Part shown: positions 29,458 through 37,640 of the stretch, one piece after another | Layout of the letters: every line of letters starts with the position of its first letter | How positions within the stretch are numbered: the first letter of the stretch is position 1 | DNA from: an uncultured Thermomicrobiales bacterium | GTDB taxonomy: Bacteria > Chloroflexota > Chloroflexia > Thermomicrobiales > CFX8 | Assembly: GCA_964399615.1 (NCBI GenBank) | Contig: CAYNTE010000006.1 | Coordinates: 1-37,640, forward strand | Reading direction: 5' to 3' | DNA: 37,640 nt | Notes under the pieces: model-generated | Seen by the model: the letters and a program-made list of their open reading frames with translations, nothing else | Told to the model about the DNA's origin: nothing | Database searches by the model: none | Translations under genes and position numbers: made by a program

Positions 29458-32400
29458 ATGCAAACGATGGAACGTCTGAATAAGGACGAAGCAAGCCGAT
29501 CGCTCGATGTGAACAACTTCGACGCGATCCAGATCAAGCTTGCGTCGCCGGAAGACATCCGAGCCTGGTCGTACGGTGAGGTCACCAAGCCAGAGACGAT
29601 CAACTATCGAACGTTGCGACCGGAGCATGGTGGGCTCTTTTGCGAGCGCATCTTCGGCCCGAGCCGCGACTGGGAGTGTTACTGCGGTAAGTACAAGCGA
29701 ATTCGCCACGCAGGCACGGTATGTGACAAGTGTGGCGTCGAGGTAACGCGTGCCAAGGTTCGCCGTGAGCGGATGGGCCACATCGAGCTGGCCGCTCCAG
29801 CGACCCACATTTGGTACGTCAAGGGCACGCCGAGCCGACTAGGGCTGTTGCTTGATATCTCGCCACGCAACCTCGAGCGCGTGCTGTACTTCGCGTCCTA
29901 CCTGGTTACGGAAGTTGATACCGAGGCTCGTGAAGAACTGATCGAAACGATCCAGGAAGAACTCGAGGAAGAGCTGGCAGAGCTGCAGGCTGAGTTCGAA
30001 GAACGAACCGCCGAGATTAGCGGCCAGCTTGAGCAAGAGATGAGCAACTTGACGGAAGGCTCTGAAGGCGTCGTCACATCACTCCAGCAGCAGGTTGACA
30101 ATCAGCTTGCTGAGATCCAGGAGCAAGGTGATGCTCTGGTTGAGCAGCTCACCGCAAGAATTGGTGAGTCTGCCGAAGAGCCGATCGAGTTCCGTGGTGA
30201 GGTCGTTGTCAAGGAAGGACAGGCGATCAACAAGACGCGCGTGAGCGAGGCTAAGAAGCTCATTCGCGATCTCACCAAGGAGATCGAGTCCCAGGCGACG
30301 CATGATTCAGAAAACGCCGAGGCGCTTTCTGAGGCCGAGGCTGATCAAATCATGTCAACCTCGGACAAGTCGATGCGCCGTCTCGAGAATGAATTTGAGC
30401 AGCAGCAAGCAGACTTGCGGGCTGAGGCTGATGAGATCATCAGTCAGATCAAGGACCTGGAACTGAATCAGGTCCTTACCGAGACGCAATACCGTGAACT
30501 GGTTGACCTCGCACCGGGCGTGTTCCGGGCAGGGATGGGCGCCGAGGCGGTCTTCGAGGTCGTCTCCAAGCTGGAGCTTGACCAGATGGCCGCGGACCTG
30601 CGCGACGAGCTCCACCGCACGACTGGCATGCGCAAGAAGAAGGCTGCCAAGCGACTGCGGGTGATCGAGGCGCTGCGGAAGAGCGGAAATCGTCCTGAGT
30701 GGATGATCTTTACCGCACTACCAGTGATTCCGCCCGATCTGCGCCCGATGGTGCAGCTCGACGGTGGACGCTTCGCGACCTCCGACTTGAATGACCTGTA
30801 CCGTCGCGTTATCAACCGCAACAACCGCCTGAAGCGACTACTGGAGCTCGGAGCGCCGGACATCATCGTTCGCAACGAAAAGCGCATGCTCCAGGAAGCC
30901 GTCGACGCGTTGATTGACAACGGCCGGCGAGGTCGCGTCGTATCAGGTTCGGGGAAGCACAAGCTCAAGAGCCTATCCGACATGCTCAAGGGCAAGCAAG
31001 GCCGGTTCCGCCAGAACTTGCTCGGCAAGCGTGTCGACTATTCAGGACGATCCGTGATCGTTGTCGGTCCAGACTTGCAGCTGCATCAGTGCGGTCTGCC
31101 AAAGCGAATGGCGCTGGAACTCTTCAAGCCGTTTGTGATGCACCGCCTGCATGCGCACGGGCTGGCCCACAACATCAAGGCTGCCAAGCGATTGGTCGAG
31201 CGCGTCGATCCATCCGTCTGGGACGTTCTGGAAGACGTGATCCAGGATCACGTGGTGTTGTTGAACCGCGCACCGACGCTGCACCGGCTTGGAATCCAGG
31301 CCTTCGAGGTGAAACTCATCGAAGGTTCGGCGATCCAGGTGCACCCGCTCGTCTGCCCGGCCTTCAACGCCGACTTCGACGGTGACCAGATGGCGGTCCA
31401 TGTGCCGCTCTCGCGCAAGGCGCAAGACGAAGCCCGCGCGCGGATGATGTCGACGGTGAACCTGCTCGACCCATCCGACGGTGACCCAGTCATTGCACCG
31501 ACGCTGGAGATCGTGCTGGGCTGCTACTACATGACCTTCGAGCAAGAGAACGCTAAGGGTGAGGGTAAGTACTTTGCGAGTGCTAACGAGCTCGCCATTT
31601 CGTATCAGCTCGGCCTGGTCGACCTGCATGCTCGTGTGACCGTGCTCAATCCAAAGGAAGGGGCCTTCCAGCTCCCGGGTGATGAGCAGCCACCACTTGA
31701 GCCAGAAGGTTTGGTTGAAACGACCGTTGGTCGCGTGCTCTTCAATCAGGAGATGCCCTCGACACTGCCGTTCATTGACGGAGTCATGGACCGCGGTGCG
31801 TTGAAGGAATTGATCCGCGATCTCTATCGCATCTACGGCGCCAAGGCGACGGCTGTGGTTTCCGACCGGATCAAGGCGATTGGATTCAAGTACTCGACCA
31901 TCAGCGGTATTACGATCAGCGTCGATGATGTGATGATCCCGGAGAGCAAGGCCGAGATCATTCAAGACGCCGAAGCGACGGTTCTCGACATCCAGAATCA
32001 GTTCATGACGGGTCTCGTGAGTTCTGAAGAGCGCCACGACATGACTGTTGATGTCTGGAGTCAGACTCGCGATCGTGTGCAGGAAGCTATCGAGTCGAAC
32101 CTGATCAAGGAGAATCCTCTGTATATGATGATTCTCTCTGGATCCAAGGGTAATATGAACCAGGTCTCACAGATGGCGGGTATGCGTGGACTCATGATGG
32201 ACCCGCGAGGGAATATCATGGAGTTCCCGATTCGCTCCAACTTCCGTGAGGGCCTGACCGTGTTCGAGTACTTCATCTCGACACACGGGGCGCGTAAGGG
32301 CGGTGCGGACACCGCGCTTCGCACAGCTGACTCTGGCTACCTGACTCGACGTCTTGTTGACGTTGCGCAGGATGTCATCGTCACGATCGAAGATTGCGGC

Positions 32401-33852
32401 ACGCAGCACGGCATGTATGTCTCGCGCACCGCTATCGATGACGACGATATCTTTGGCGATCGTATCTTGGGCCGCATGGCTAACGAGCCGATCGTCACTG
32501 GCGACGGTGAGTTGATCGTCGATCGAAACGAAGAGATTAATGAGGACGTTATGCGAGCCATTCTGGCCAGCGACGTCAGTGAAGTCACGGTCCGCAGCGC
32601 GATGAACTGCGAGGCCGCACACGGTGTCTGCGCATTCTGCTACGGCCGTAACCTGGCAACCGGCCACGTGGTCGAGCTCGGTGAGGCTGTCGGAACGATT
32701 GCCGCACAGTCCATCGGCGAGCCTGGCACGCAGCTGACGATGCGGACCTTCCACACCGGCGGTGTGAGTGGTGTCGATGACATCACGACCGGTCTGCCGC
32801 GTGTTCAGGAGCTGTTCGAAGCTCGTGAGCCAAAGGGCAAGGCGCTGGTGGCGGAAGTCGGTGGCGTTGTTCAGATCGTCGAGGATGATGAAAGCCGTCG
32901 CATCGTTATCACCAGCCGCGATCCGCTGGCTGCGGAATTTGAAATTCCAGCCGGCTACACCGTGAAGGTGAAGGATGGCGCGACAGTCAAGCGAGGCGAC
33001 GACCTTGCGGTGAGCGATGATGAGTCGCAGCCGTCAATCACGACCACCATCGAAGGTGAAGTCGCGATCGACGACTCGATCATCCGCGTCTTCAACGAGA
33101 ACCACGACGTTCGCGAGTACCCAGTGTCGTACTCGGCACACATCCGCGTTCGCGATGGTGACGAGATTCAGCCGGGCACGCAGTTGACCGATGGTGCTCT
33201 CGATCCAGACGAAGTGCTGCACATCCTCGGGCGAGACGCAGTCCAGCGTCTCATCGTCGATGAGGTGCAGCGTGTCTATCGATCGCAAGGTGTGGTCACC
33301 AACGACCGGCACATCGAAATCATCGTGCGGCAGATGCTCCGCAAGGTAAGCATCGACGATCCGGGCGATACCGATCTTCTGCCGGGTGATCTGATCGATC
33401 GTCATCTGTTCAATCAGGTCAACGAAGAGATCATTGCCCAGGGCGGTGAGCCGGCAACTGCTCAACAGGCGCTGCTGGGAATCACCAAGGCATCGCTGGA
33501 GACCGAATCCTTCCTCTCGGCCGCCTCCTTCCAGGAGACGACACGCGTGTTGACCCAGGCGGCGATCGAAGGCAAGGTCGATTACCTGCGAGGTCTGAAG
33601 GAGAATGTCATCATCGGCAAGCTCATCCCGGCGGGGTCGGGGTTCTGGGCCGGCAAGGATGACGACGATGAAGCAGCCGCGGGCGGCGATGGCTCCGAGA
33701 ATGGCGCGGTCGAAGATGTCGATGGCGCACATCTCATCGGAGTATTGCCGGACGGCGAGGCGGTATTGATCTCCGAGGTTGAACCCTCGGCTCCATCAGA
33801 GCCAGAGGAAGTTCAAACTGAAGAGCTGGCCACCTCAGAAGATAGCGATTAA
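29458..33852 (+). CDS. rpoC: DNA-directed RNA polymerase subunit beta-prime
   Basis: 1464 aa. Has the zinc motif CYCGKYK...CDKCGVEV, the catalytic [12 protein letters not shown], and bridge-helix and trigger-loop regions. It also carries a ~185-aa helical insertion after residue ~150 and an acidic C-terminal extension. Confidence 0.98.
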   Translation: MQTMERLNKDEASRSLDVNNFDAIQIKLASPEDIRAWSYGEVTKPETINYRTLRPEHGGLFCERIFGPSRDWECYCGKYKRIRHAGTVCDKCGVEVTRAKVRRERMGHIELAAPATHIWYVKGTPSRLGLLLDISPRNLERVLYFASYLVTEVDTEAREELIETIQEELEEELAELQAEFEERTAEISGQLEQEMSNLTEGSEGVVTSLQQQVDNQLAEIQEQGDALVEQLTARIGESAEEPIEFRGEVVVKEGQAINKTRVSEAKKLIRDLTKEIESQATHDSENAEALSEAEADQIMSTSDKSMRRLENEFEQQQADLRAEADEIISQIKDLELNQVLTETQYRELVDLAPGVFRAGMGAEAVFEVVSKLELDQMAADLRDELHRTTGMRKKKAAKRLRVIEALRKSGNRPEWMIFTALPVIPPDLRPMVQLDGGRFATSDLNDLYRRVINRNNRLKRLLELGAPDIIVRNEKRMLQEAVDALIDNGRRGRVVSGSGKHKLKSLSDMLKGKQGRFRQNLLGKRVDYSGRSVIVVGPDLQLHQCGLPKRMALELFKPFVMHRLHAHGLAHNIKAAKRLVERVDPSVWDVLEDVIQDHVVLLNRAPTLHRLGIQAFEVKLIEGSAIQVHPLVCPAFNADFDGDQMAVHVPLSRKAQDEARARMMSTVNLLDPSDGDPVIAPTLEIVLGCYYMTFEQENAKGEGKYFASANELAISYQLGLVDLHARVTVLNPKEGAFQLPGDEQPPLEPEGLVETTVGRVLFNQEMPSTLPFIDGVMDRGALKELIRDLYRIYGAKATAVVSDRIKAIGFKYSTISGITISVDDVMIPESKAEIIQDAEATVLDIQNQFMTGLVSSEERHDMTVDVWSQTRDRVQEAIESNLIKENPLYMMILSGSKGNMNQVSQMAGMRGLMMDPRGNIMEFPIRSNFREGLTVFEYFISTHGARKGGADTALRTADSGYLTRRLVDVAQDVIVTIEDCGTQHGMYVSRTAIDDDDIFGDRILGRMANEPIVTGDGELIVDRNEEINEDVMRAILASDVSEVTVRSAMNCEAAHGVCAFCYGRNLATGHVVELGEAVGTIAAQSIGEPGTQLTMRTFHTGGVSGVDDITTGLPRVQELFEAREPKGKALVAEVGGVVQIVEDDESRRIVITSRDPLAAEFEIPAGYTVKVKDGATVKRGDDLAVSDDESQPSITTTIEGEVAIDDSIIRVFNENHDVREYPVSYSAHIRVRDGDEIQPGTQLTDGALDPDEVLHILGRDAVQRLIVDEVQRVYRSQGVVTNDRHIEIIVRQMLRKVSIDDPGDTDLLPGDLIDRHLFNQVNEEIIAQGGEPATAQQALLGITKASLETESFLSAASFQETTRVLTQAAIEGKVDYLRGLKENVIIGKLIPAGSGFWAGKDDDDEAAAGGDGSENGAVEDVDGAHLIGVLPDGEAVLISEVEPSAPSEPEEVQTEELATSEDSD

Positions 33853-33962
33853 GGAACCTTCTGGGCCCTCTGCAGCGCCAGATTGGCGGCAGGGGGCCCA
33901 AAGGTCGTATCGGTCGCTTGTGTGCGATTGGGTAAAGGCGTAAAATCCTGCCGAAATCCTGA

Positions 33963-33991
33963 TTGACACGAGCAACCAAGGTTGTTAGACT
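33963..33991 (+). promoter_or_regulatory. Candidate sigma70-type promoter for rpsL-rpsG-fusA-tuf
   Basis: TTGACA (33963-33968), a 17-nt spacer, then TAGACT (33986-33991), about 100 nt upstream of the rpsL start. Confidence 0.6.
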
Positions 33992-34091
33992 CATCGATTG
34001 TGGCTACTTTTTGTGGTCACGTATGTTGAACGATGTGCTCGGGAAATGCTCGGGCGAATGGCCCGACAGACTCGAGGAGGAGAGTTCAAGA

Positions 34092-34517
34092 GTGCCGACG
34101 ATTAATCAACTCGTCCGCAAGGGGCGGAAGAAGAAGGTCAAGAAGACCAAAGCGCCCGCCCTGCGGTACACGAACAACGCTGATGGGCGGTATGCCGGGC
34201 GATTGCGCCGCGGTAAGGCGTCTCCACAAAAGCGTGGAGTTTGCACCCAGGTGCGAACGATGACGCCGACCAAGCCGAACTCGGCACTACGGAAGATTGC
34301 CCGAGTGCGTCTCTCAAACGGTATGGAGGTCACGGCCTACATTCCAGGAGAAGGACACAACCTTCAAGAGCACTCCGTGGTATTGATTCGCGGAGGGCGT
34401 GTGAAGGACCTGCCCGGTGTGAGGTATCACATCGTGCGTGGCGCGCTCGATGCTCGCGGCGTTGACGATCGCAAGCAGGGGCGCTCGAAGTACGGGACGA
34501 AAAAGCCTCAGGAATAA
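34092..34517 (+). CDS. rpsL: 30S ribosomal protein S12
   Basis: 141 aa from the GTG at 34092 ([14 protein letters not shown]), which follows GAGGAGGAG. Conserved blocks are [15 protein letters not shown] and [32 protein letters not shown]. The N-terminal 43 aa in the ORF track are not S12-like. Confidence 0.95.
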   Translation: MPTINQLVRKGRKKKVKKTKAPALRYTNNADGRYAGRLRRGKASPQKRGVCTQVRTMTPTKPNSALRKIARVRLSNGMEVTAYIPGEGHNLQEHSVVLIRGGRVKDLPGVRYHIVRGALDARGVDDRKQGRSKYGTKKPQE

Positions 34518-34703
34518 CAGCCGAAGTCCGAGCAATCGGAAACTTGGTTGTCCCTTTGGCAAGACGTACGAGCGAAGCGGGAGCCCGAATCACACTCGGT
34601 GTGACCGCTTTTCTGTGTCGAAAACGTTTAGGTACGAGACCAGCAAGTTGAACGCGCAAATGAGCGCAACGTGTAGGCAAGTGACTAGAGGAAACAGGGA
34701 AGC

Positions 34704-35174
34704 ATGCCACGACGCGGAACAGTCGAACAGCGACCGATCCCTCCGGATCCGATGTACCGAAGCCAGGTGCTCCAGCGCTTCATCAACAAGGTGATGCAGC
34801 GCGGTAAGAAGGGCACGGCCGAACGCATTGTTTACGGATCTTTCGAATTGATCCAGGAGCGCATCGGCCGCGATCCGCTCGAGGTCTTCCAGCAGGCACT
34901 GGCAAACGTCAAGCCTGCGCTGGAAGTTAAGCCTCGTCGTGTCGGTGGCGCAACCTATCAGGTGCCCGTCCAGATTGAAGAGGGACGGCGAGAGTCGCTT
35001 GCGATGCGCTGGCTGCTTCAGGCGGCCAAATCACGACCAGGGCGCTCGATGCAAGAGCGACTGGCTAACGAACTACTTGATGCATACAACGAGACTGGCG
35101 CTGCAGTGAAGCGCAAAGAGGATACGCACCGCATGGCTGAGGCAAACCGCGCCTTTGCTCACTACCGCTGGTAG
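34704..35174 (+). CDS. rpsG: 30S ribosomal protein S7
   Basis: 156 aa. [18 protein letters not shown]...[11 protein letters not shown]...[13 protein letters not shown]...NRAFAHYRW is a canonical S7 sequence. Confidence 0.97.
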   Translation: MPRRGTVEQRPIPPDPMYRSQVLQRFINKVMQRGKKGTAERIVYGSFELIQERIGRDPLEVFQQALANVKPALEVKPRRVGGATYQVPVQIEEGRRESLAMRWLLQAAKSRPGRSMQERLANELLDAYNETGAAVKRKEDTHRMAEANRAFAHYRW

Positions 35175-35221
35175 GCGGAGTTGGCGGCACGTAGCCAAGG
35201 TACAGGGATAGAGATTTCGAG

Positions 35222-37336
35222 ATGAGTACCAAAACAGCACCAAACATGGCGGTGGAGCAGCGTACAACGCTGCAACAAACCAGGAACATTGGAATCATCG
35301 CCCACATCGATGCCGGAAAGACCACTACCACCGAGCGCATCCTCTTCTATACCGGACGCATTCATCGCACCGGTGAGACCCACGAGGGCGCTTCGCAGAT
35401 GGACTGGATGGTGCAGGAGCGTGAGCGCGGTATCACCATTACCGCCGCTGCAACGACCTGTTTCTGGGGTGATTACCGAATCAACATTATCGACACACCA
35501 GGCCACGTCGATTTCACGGCCGAGGTGGAGCGCTGTCTGCGCGTCCTCGACGGTGGCATCGTCGTCTTCGATGCTGTCGCGGGTGTCGAGCCACAGTCGG
35601 AAACAGTCTGGCGCCAGGCAGACAAGTATCACGTGCCGCGCATTTGCTTTGTCAACAAGATGGATCGCACGGGCGCGAACTTCGACAACACACTCAACAT
35701 GATTCGCGAGCGCCTGCGCGCCAAGCCGGCCCCGATTCACCTGCCGATCGGCGCTGAATCGAACTTTGCAGGCCTGATCGATCTCATCGCAATGCAGGCG
35801 TACATCTACCACGATGACCTGGGCCAGCAAGTCGAGCAGACCGATATTCCGGCTGAATACCTGGAGCGCGCGAAAGAGATGCGCTCCGAGCTGGTTGAGG
35901 CCATTGCAGAGACCGACGAAGACCTGCTAATGAAGTACCTCGAAGGTGAGGAGATTACCGTCGAGGAGCTGAAGGCGGGCCTGCGCAAGGCAACGATCTC
36001 CAATGAGCTCTTCCCGATCCTTGCCGGCACGGCGCTGAAGAACAAGGGCGTCCAAAAGATGCTTGACGCCGTGATCGACTACTTGCCGTCACCGCTTGAA
36101 GTGCCACCAATCCGCGGCCACGTCATTGAGAATGGCGAGGAAGTGGACGCTACCCGGCCTACAGACCCCGAAGGCCCACTGGCGGCGCTGGCTTTCAAGA
36201 TCATGGCTGATCCACATGTAGGACGGCTGGCATTTGTCCGGATCTATTCCGGCAAGCTCCAGGCTGGAAGCTACGTTTACAACTCGTCGAAGGGCGAGCG
36301 AGAGCGCGTTGGGCGGCTCCTGCGCATGCACGCGAATTCTCGTGAAGAGGTTGAGGAAGTTATCGCTGGCGACATCTGTGCCGTCATTGGACTCAAGGGA
36401 ACGTTTACCGGCGATACGCTCTGCGATCAGGATGATCAGATTATCCTCGAAGCGATCTCGTTCCCAGAGCCAGTCATTGAGGTGGCAATCGAGCCGAAGA
36501 CGCGCGCCGACCACGACAAGATGGGCATGGCGCTCGCGCGGCTGGCAGAAGAAGATCCAACCTTCCGGCTGCGAACTGACGAAGAAACCGGCCAGACCAT
36601 CATCATGGGCATGGGCGAGCTTCATTTGGAAGTGATCGTCGACCGCCTGCTGCGTGAGTTCAAGGTCGGAGCGACAGTCGGTCGACCACAGGTTGCCTAT
36701 CGCGAGACGATCTCGCAACCGGTCAATTCTGTTGAAGGTCGATTCGTTCGACAGTCCGGTGGCCGTGGTCAGTATGGGCACGTGGTCATCAATGTCGAGC
36801 CCCTGGAGCGCGGCAGCGGCTTTGTCTTCGAAGACAAGATCGTTGGTGGCGCAATCCCACGTGAATTTATCGGACCGGCTGAAGCCGGTATCCGCGAAGC
36901 AATGGAGACCGGTGGTCCAGCTGGCTATCCAATTGTCGACCTGAAGGTAGAGCTGATCGACGGTTCCTACCACGATGTCGACTCATCCGAGATGGCATTC
37001 AAGATTGCTGGCTCGATGGCCATTCAGCAGGCTGTCAAGCGTGGCAAGCCGGTTGTCCTTGAACCAGTGATGAAGGTGGAAGTGACAACGCCCGAAGAGT
37101 ATATGGGTGATGTCATTGGACAGTTGAACGCCAAGCGTGGACGCATCGAAGGTATGGATCCTCGAGCGGGCGCGCAGGTGGTTCGTAGCTATGTCCCGCT
37201 GGCCGAGATGTTCGGCTATACCACCGAGTTGCGATCAATGACGCAAGGTCGCGCCTCTTCATCGATGGAGTTCTCGCACTACGAGCCACTTCCATCGAAC
37301 TTGGCGCAGGAGATGGTTTCGAAGAACGAAGGTTAG
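35222..37336 (+). CDS. fusA: Translation elongation factor G
   Basis: 704 aa. Has the G-domain motifs [17 protein letters not shown] and NKMD, plus domains II-V. The start could alternatively be the ATG at 35246. Confidence 0.97.
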   Translation: MSTKTAPNMAVEQRTTLQQTRNIGIIAHIDAGKTTTTERILFYTGRIHRTGETHEGASQMDWMVQERERGITITAAATTCFWGDYRINIIDTPGHVDFTAEVERCLRVLDGGIVVFDAVAGVEPQSETVWRQADKYHVPRICFVNKMDRTGANFDNTLNMIRERLRAKPAPIHLPIGAESNFAGLIDLIAMQAYIYHDDLGQQVEQTDIPAEYLERAKEMRSELVEAIAETDEDLLMKYLEGEEITVEELKAGLRKATISNELFPILAGTALKNKGVQKMLDAVIDYLPSPLEVPPIRGHVIENGEEVDATRPTDPEGPLAALAFKIMADPHVGRLAFVRIYSGKLQAGSYVYNSSKGERERVGRLLRMHANSREEVEEVIAGDICAVIGLKGTFTGDTLCDQDDQIILEAISFPEPVIEVAIEPKTRADHDKMGMALARLAEEDPTFRLRTDEETGQTIIMGMGELHLEVIVDRLLREFKVGATVGRPQVAYRETISQPVNSVEGRFVRQSGGRGQYGHVVINVEPLERGSGFVFEDKIVGGAIPREFIGPAEAGIREAMETGGPAGYPIVDLKVELIDGSYHDVDSSEMAFKIAGSMAIQQAVKRGKPVVLEPVMKVEVTTPEEYMGDVIGQLNAKRGRIEGMDPRAGAQVVRSYVPLAEMFGYTTELRSMTQGRASSSMEFSHYEPLPSNLAQEMVSKNEG

Positions 37337-37369
37337 GGCAACTGGAGTTGCCCAGGAGGTAGGACAGAG

Positions 37370-37640
37370 ATGGCGAAGCAAAAATTCGAGCGGACGAAGC
37401 CGCACGTCAACATTGGGACGATTGGTCACGTTGACCATGGCAAGACGACGTTGACCGCGGCCATCACCAAAGCGCTAGCACTCAAGGGTGATGCGTCGGC
37501 AGCACGGACCTTCGATCAGATTGACAATGCGCCTGAAGAGCGGGAACGTGGTATCACGATCGCGATCAGCCACGTCGAGTATGAGACCGATGCGCGGCAC
37601 TATGCTCACGTCGACTGTCCCGGTCACGCCGACTACATCA
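37370..37640 (+). CDS. tuf: Translation elongation factor Tu (5' part, truncated by window end)
   Basis: Begins [34 protein letters not shown]...DCPGHADYI. The SD AGGAGG lies upstream, and the ORF runs off the window. Confidence 0.97.
   Translation, partial: MAKQKFERTKPHVNIGTIGHVDHGKTTLTAAITKALALKGDASAARTFDQIDNAPEERERGITIAISHVEYETDARHYAHVDCPGHADYI

Noticed and set aside
31042-33732. Three large minus-strand ORFs (331, 195 and 232 aa) inside rpoC, plus similar ones in rpoB (28422-28994) and fusA (35162-35830, 36089-36973)
   Set aside because: All are antisense shadows of highly conserved genes. I found no start-site signals or recognisable domains.
33863-33899. Long imperfect GC-rich hairpin (GGGCCC...GGGCCC) right after rpoC as an intrinsic terminator
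   Set aside because: The stem is plausible, but it is followed by AAAGGTCG with no U-tract. It may pause or stabilise the transcript, but I cannot call it a terminator from sequence alone.

Overview
This is a gene-dense window of almost entirely core housekeeping genes. It is moderately GC-rich by eye, and the protein signatures look Chloroflexota/Thermomicrobia-like, which is inference only. I see no CRISPR array, transposase, integrase, rRNA or recognisable defence island. I do not think it holds an obvious new multi-gene system.

Gene content, left to right:
- A partial tRNA-Gly and a membrane protein.
- A tight seven-gene minus-strand array: mdh, moeA, an aroK-aroB fusion, a PfkB (adenosine-type) kinase, ahcY, metK and an SDR epimerase/dehydratase.
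- A tRNA-Leu/Val/Phe cluster with a terminator.
- A dprE1/dprE2-like pair, then a convergent PHP histidinol-phosphatase-type gene.
- A K+-independent H+-pyrophosphatase, then a DarA/YaaQ-like PII-fold protein with an overlapping small ORF.
- An internally duplicated SWIM-finger protein.
- mobA, a DUF62 SAM hydroxide adenosyltransferase-family gene, and a small tail-anchored protein.
- A TPR protein with a polyacidic tail, then miaB.
- A protein with two matching 4-Cys modules, rodZ, an orphan ORF, a DagK-family lipid kinase and two small membrane proteins.
- rpoB, rpoC, rpsL, rpsG, fusA and the 5' part of tuf.

The items most worth a second look are small-scale:
- The duplicated SWIM protein, which has one Cys-less ghost finger.
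- The bipartite 4-Cys protein upstream of rodZ.
- dprE1/dprE2 in a non-actinobacterial-looking context, with Ala at the covalent-inhibitor Cys position.
- Native resistance-type residues in RpoB (Asn at E. coli His526) and S12 (Thr at E. coli Lys43).
- Lineage-specific insertions in S12 and beta-prime.
- A promoter-hairpin-terminator unit upstream of rpoB.
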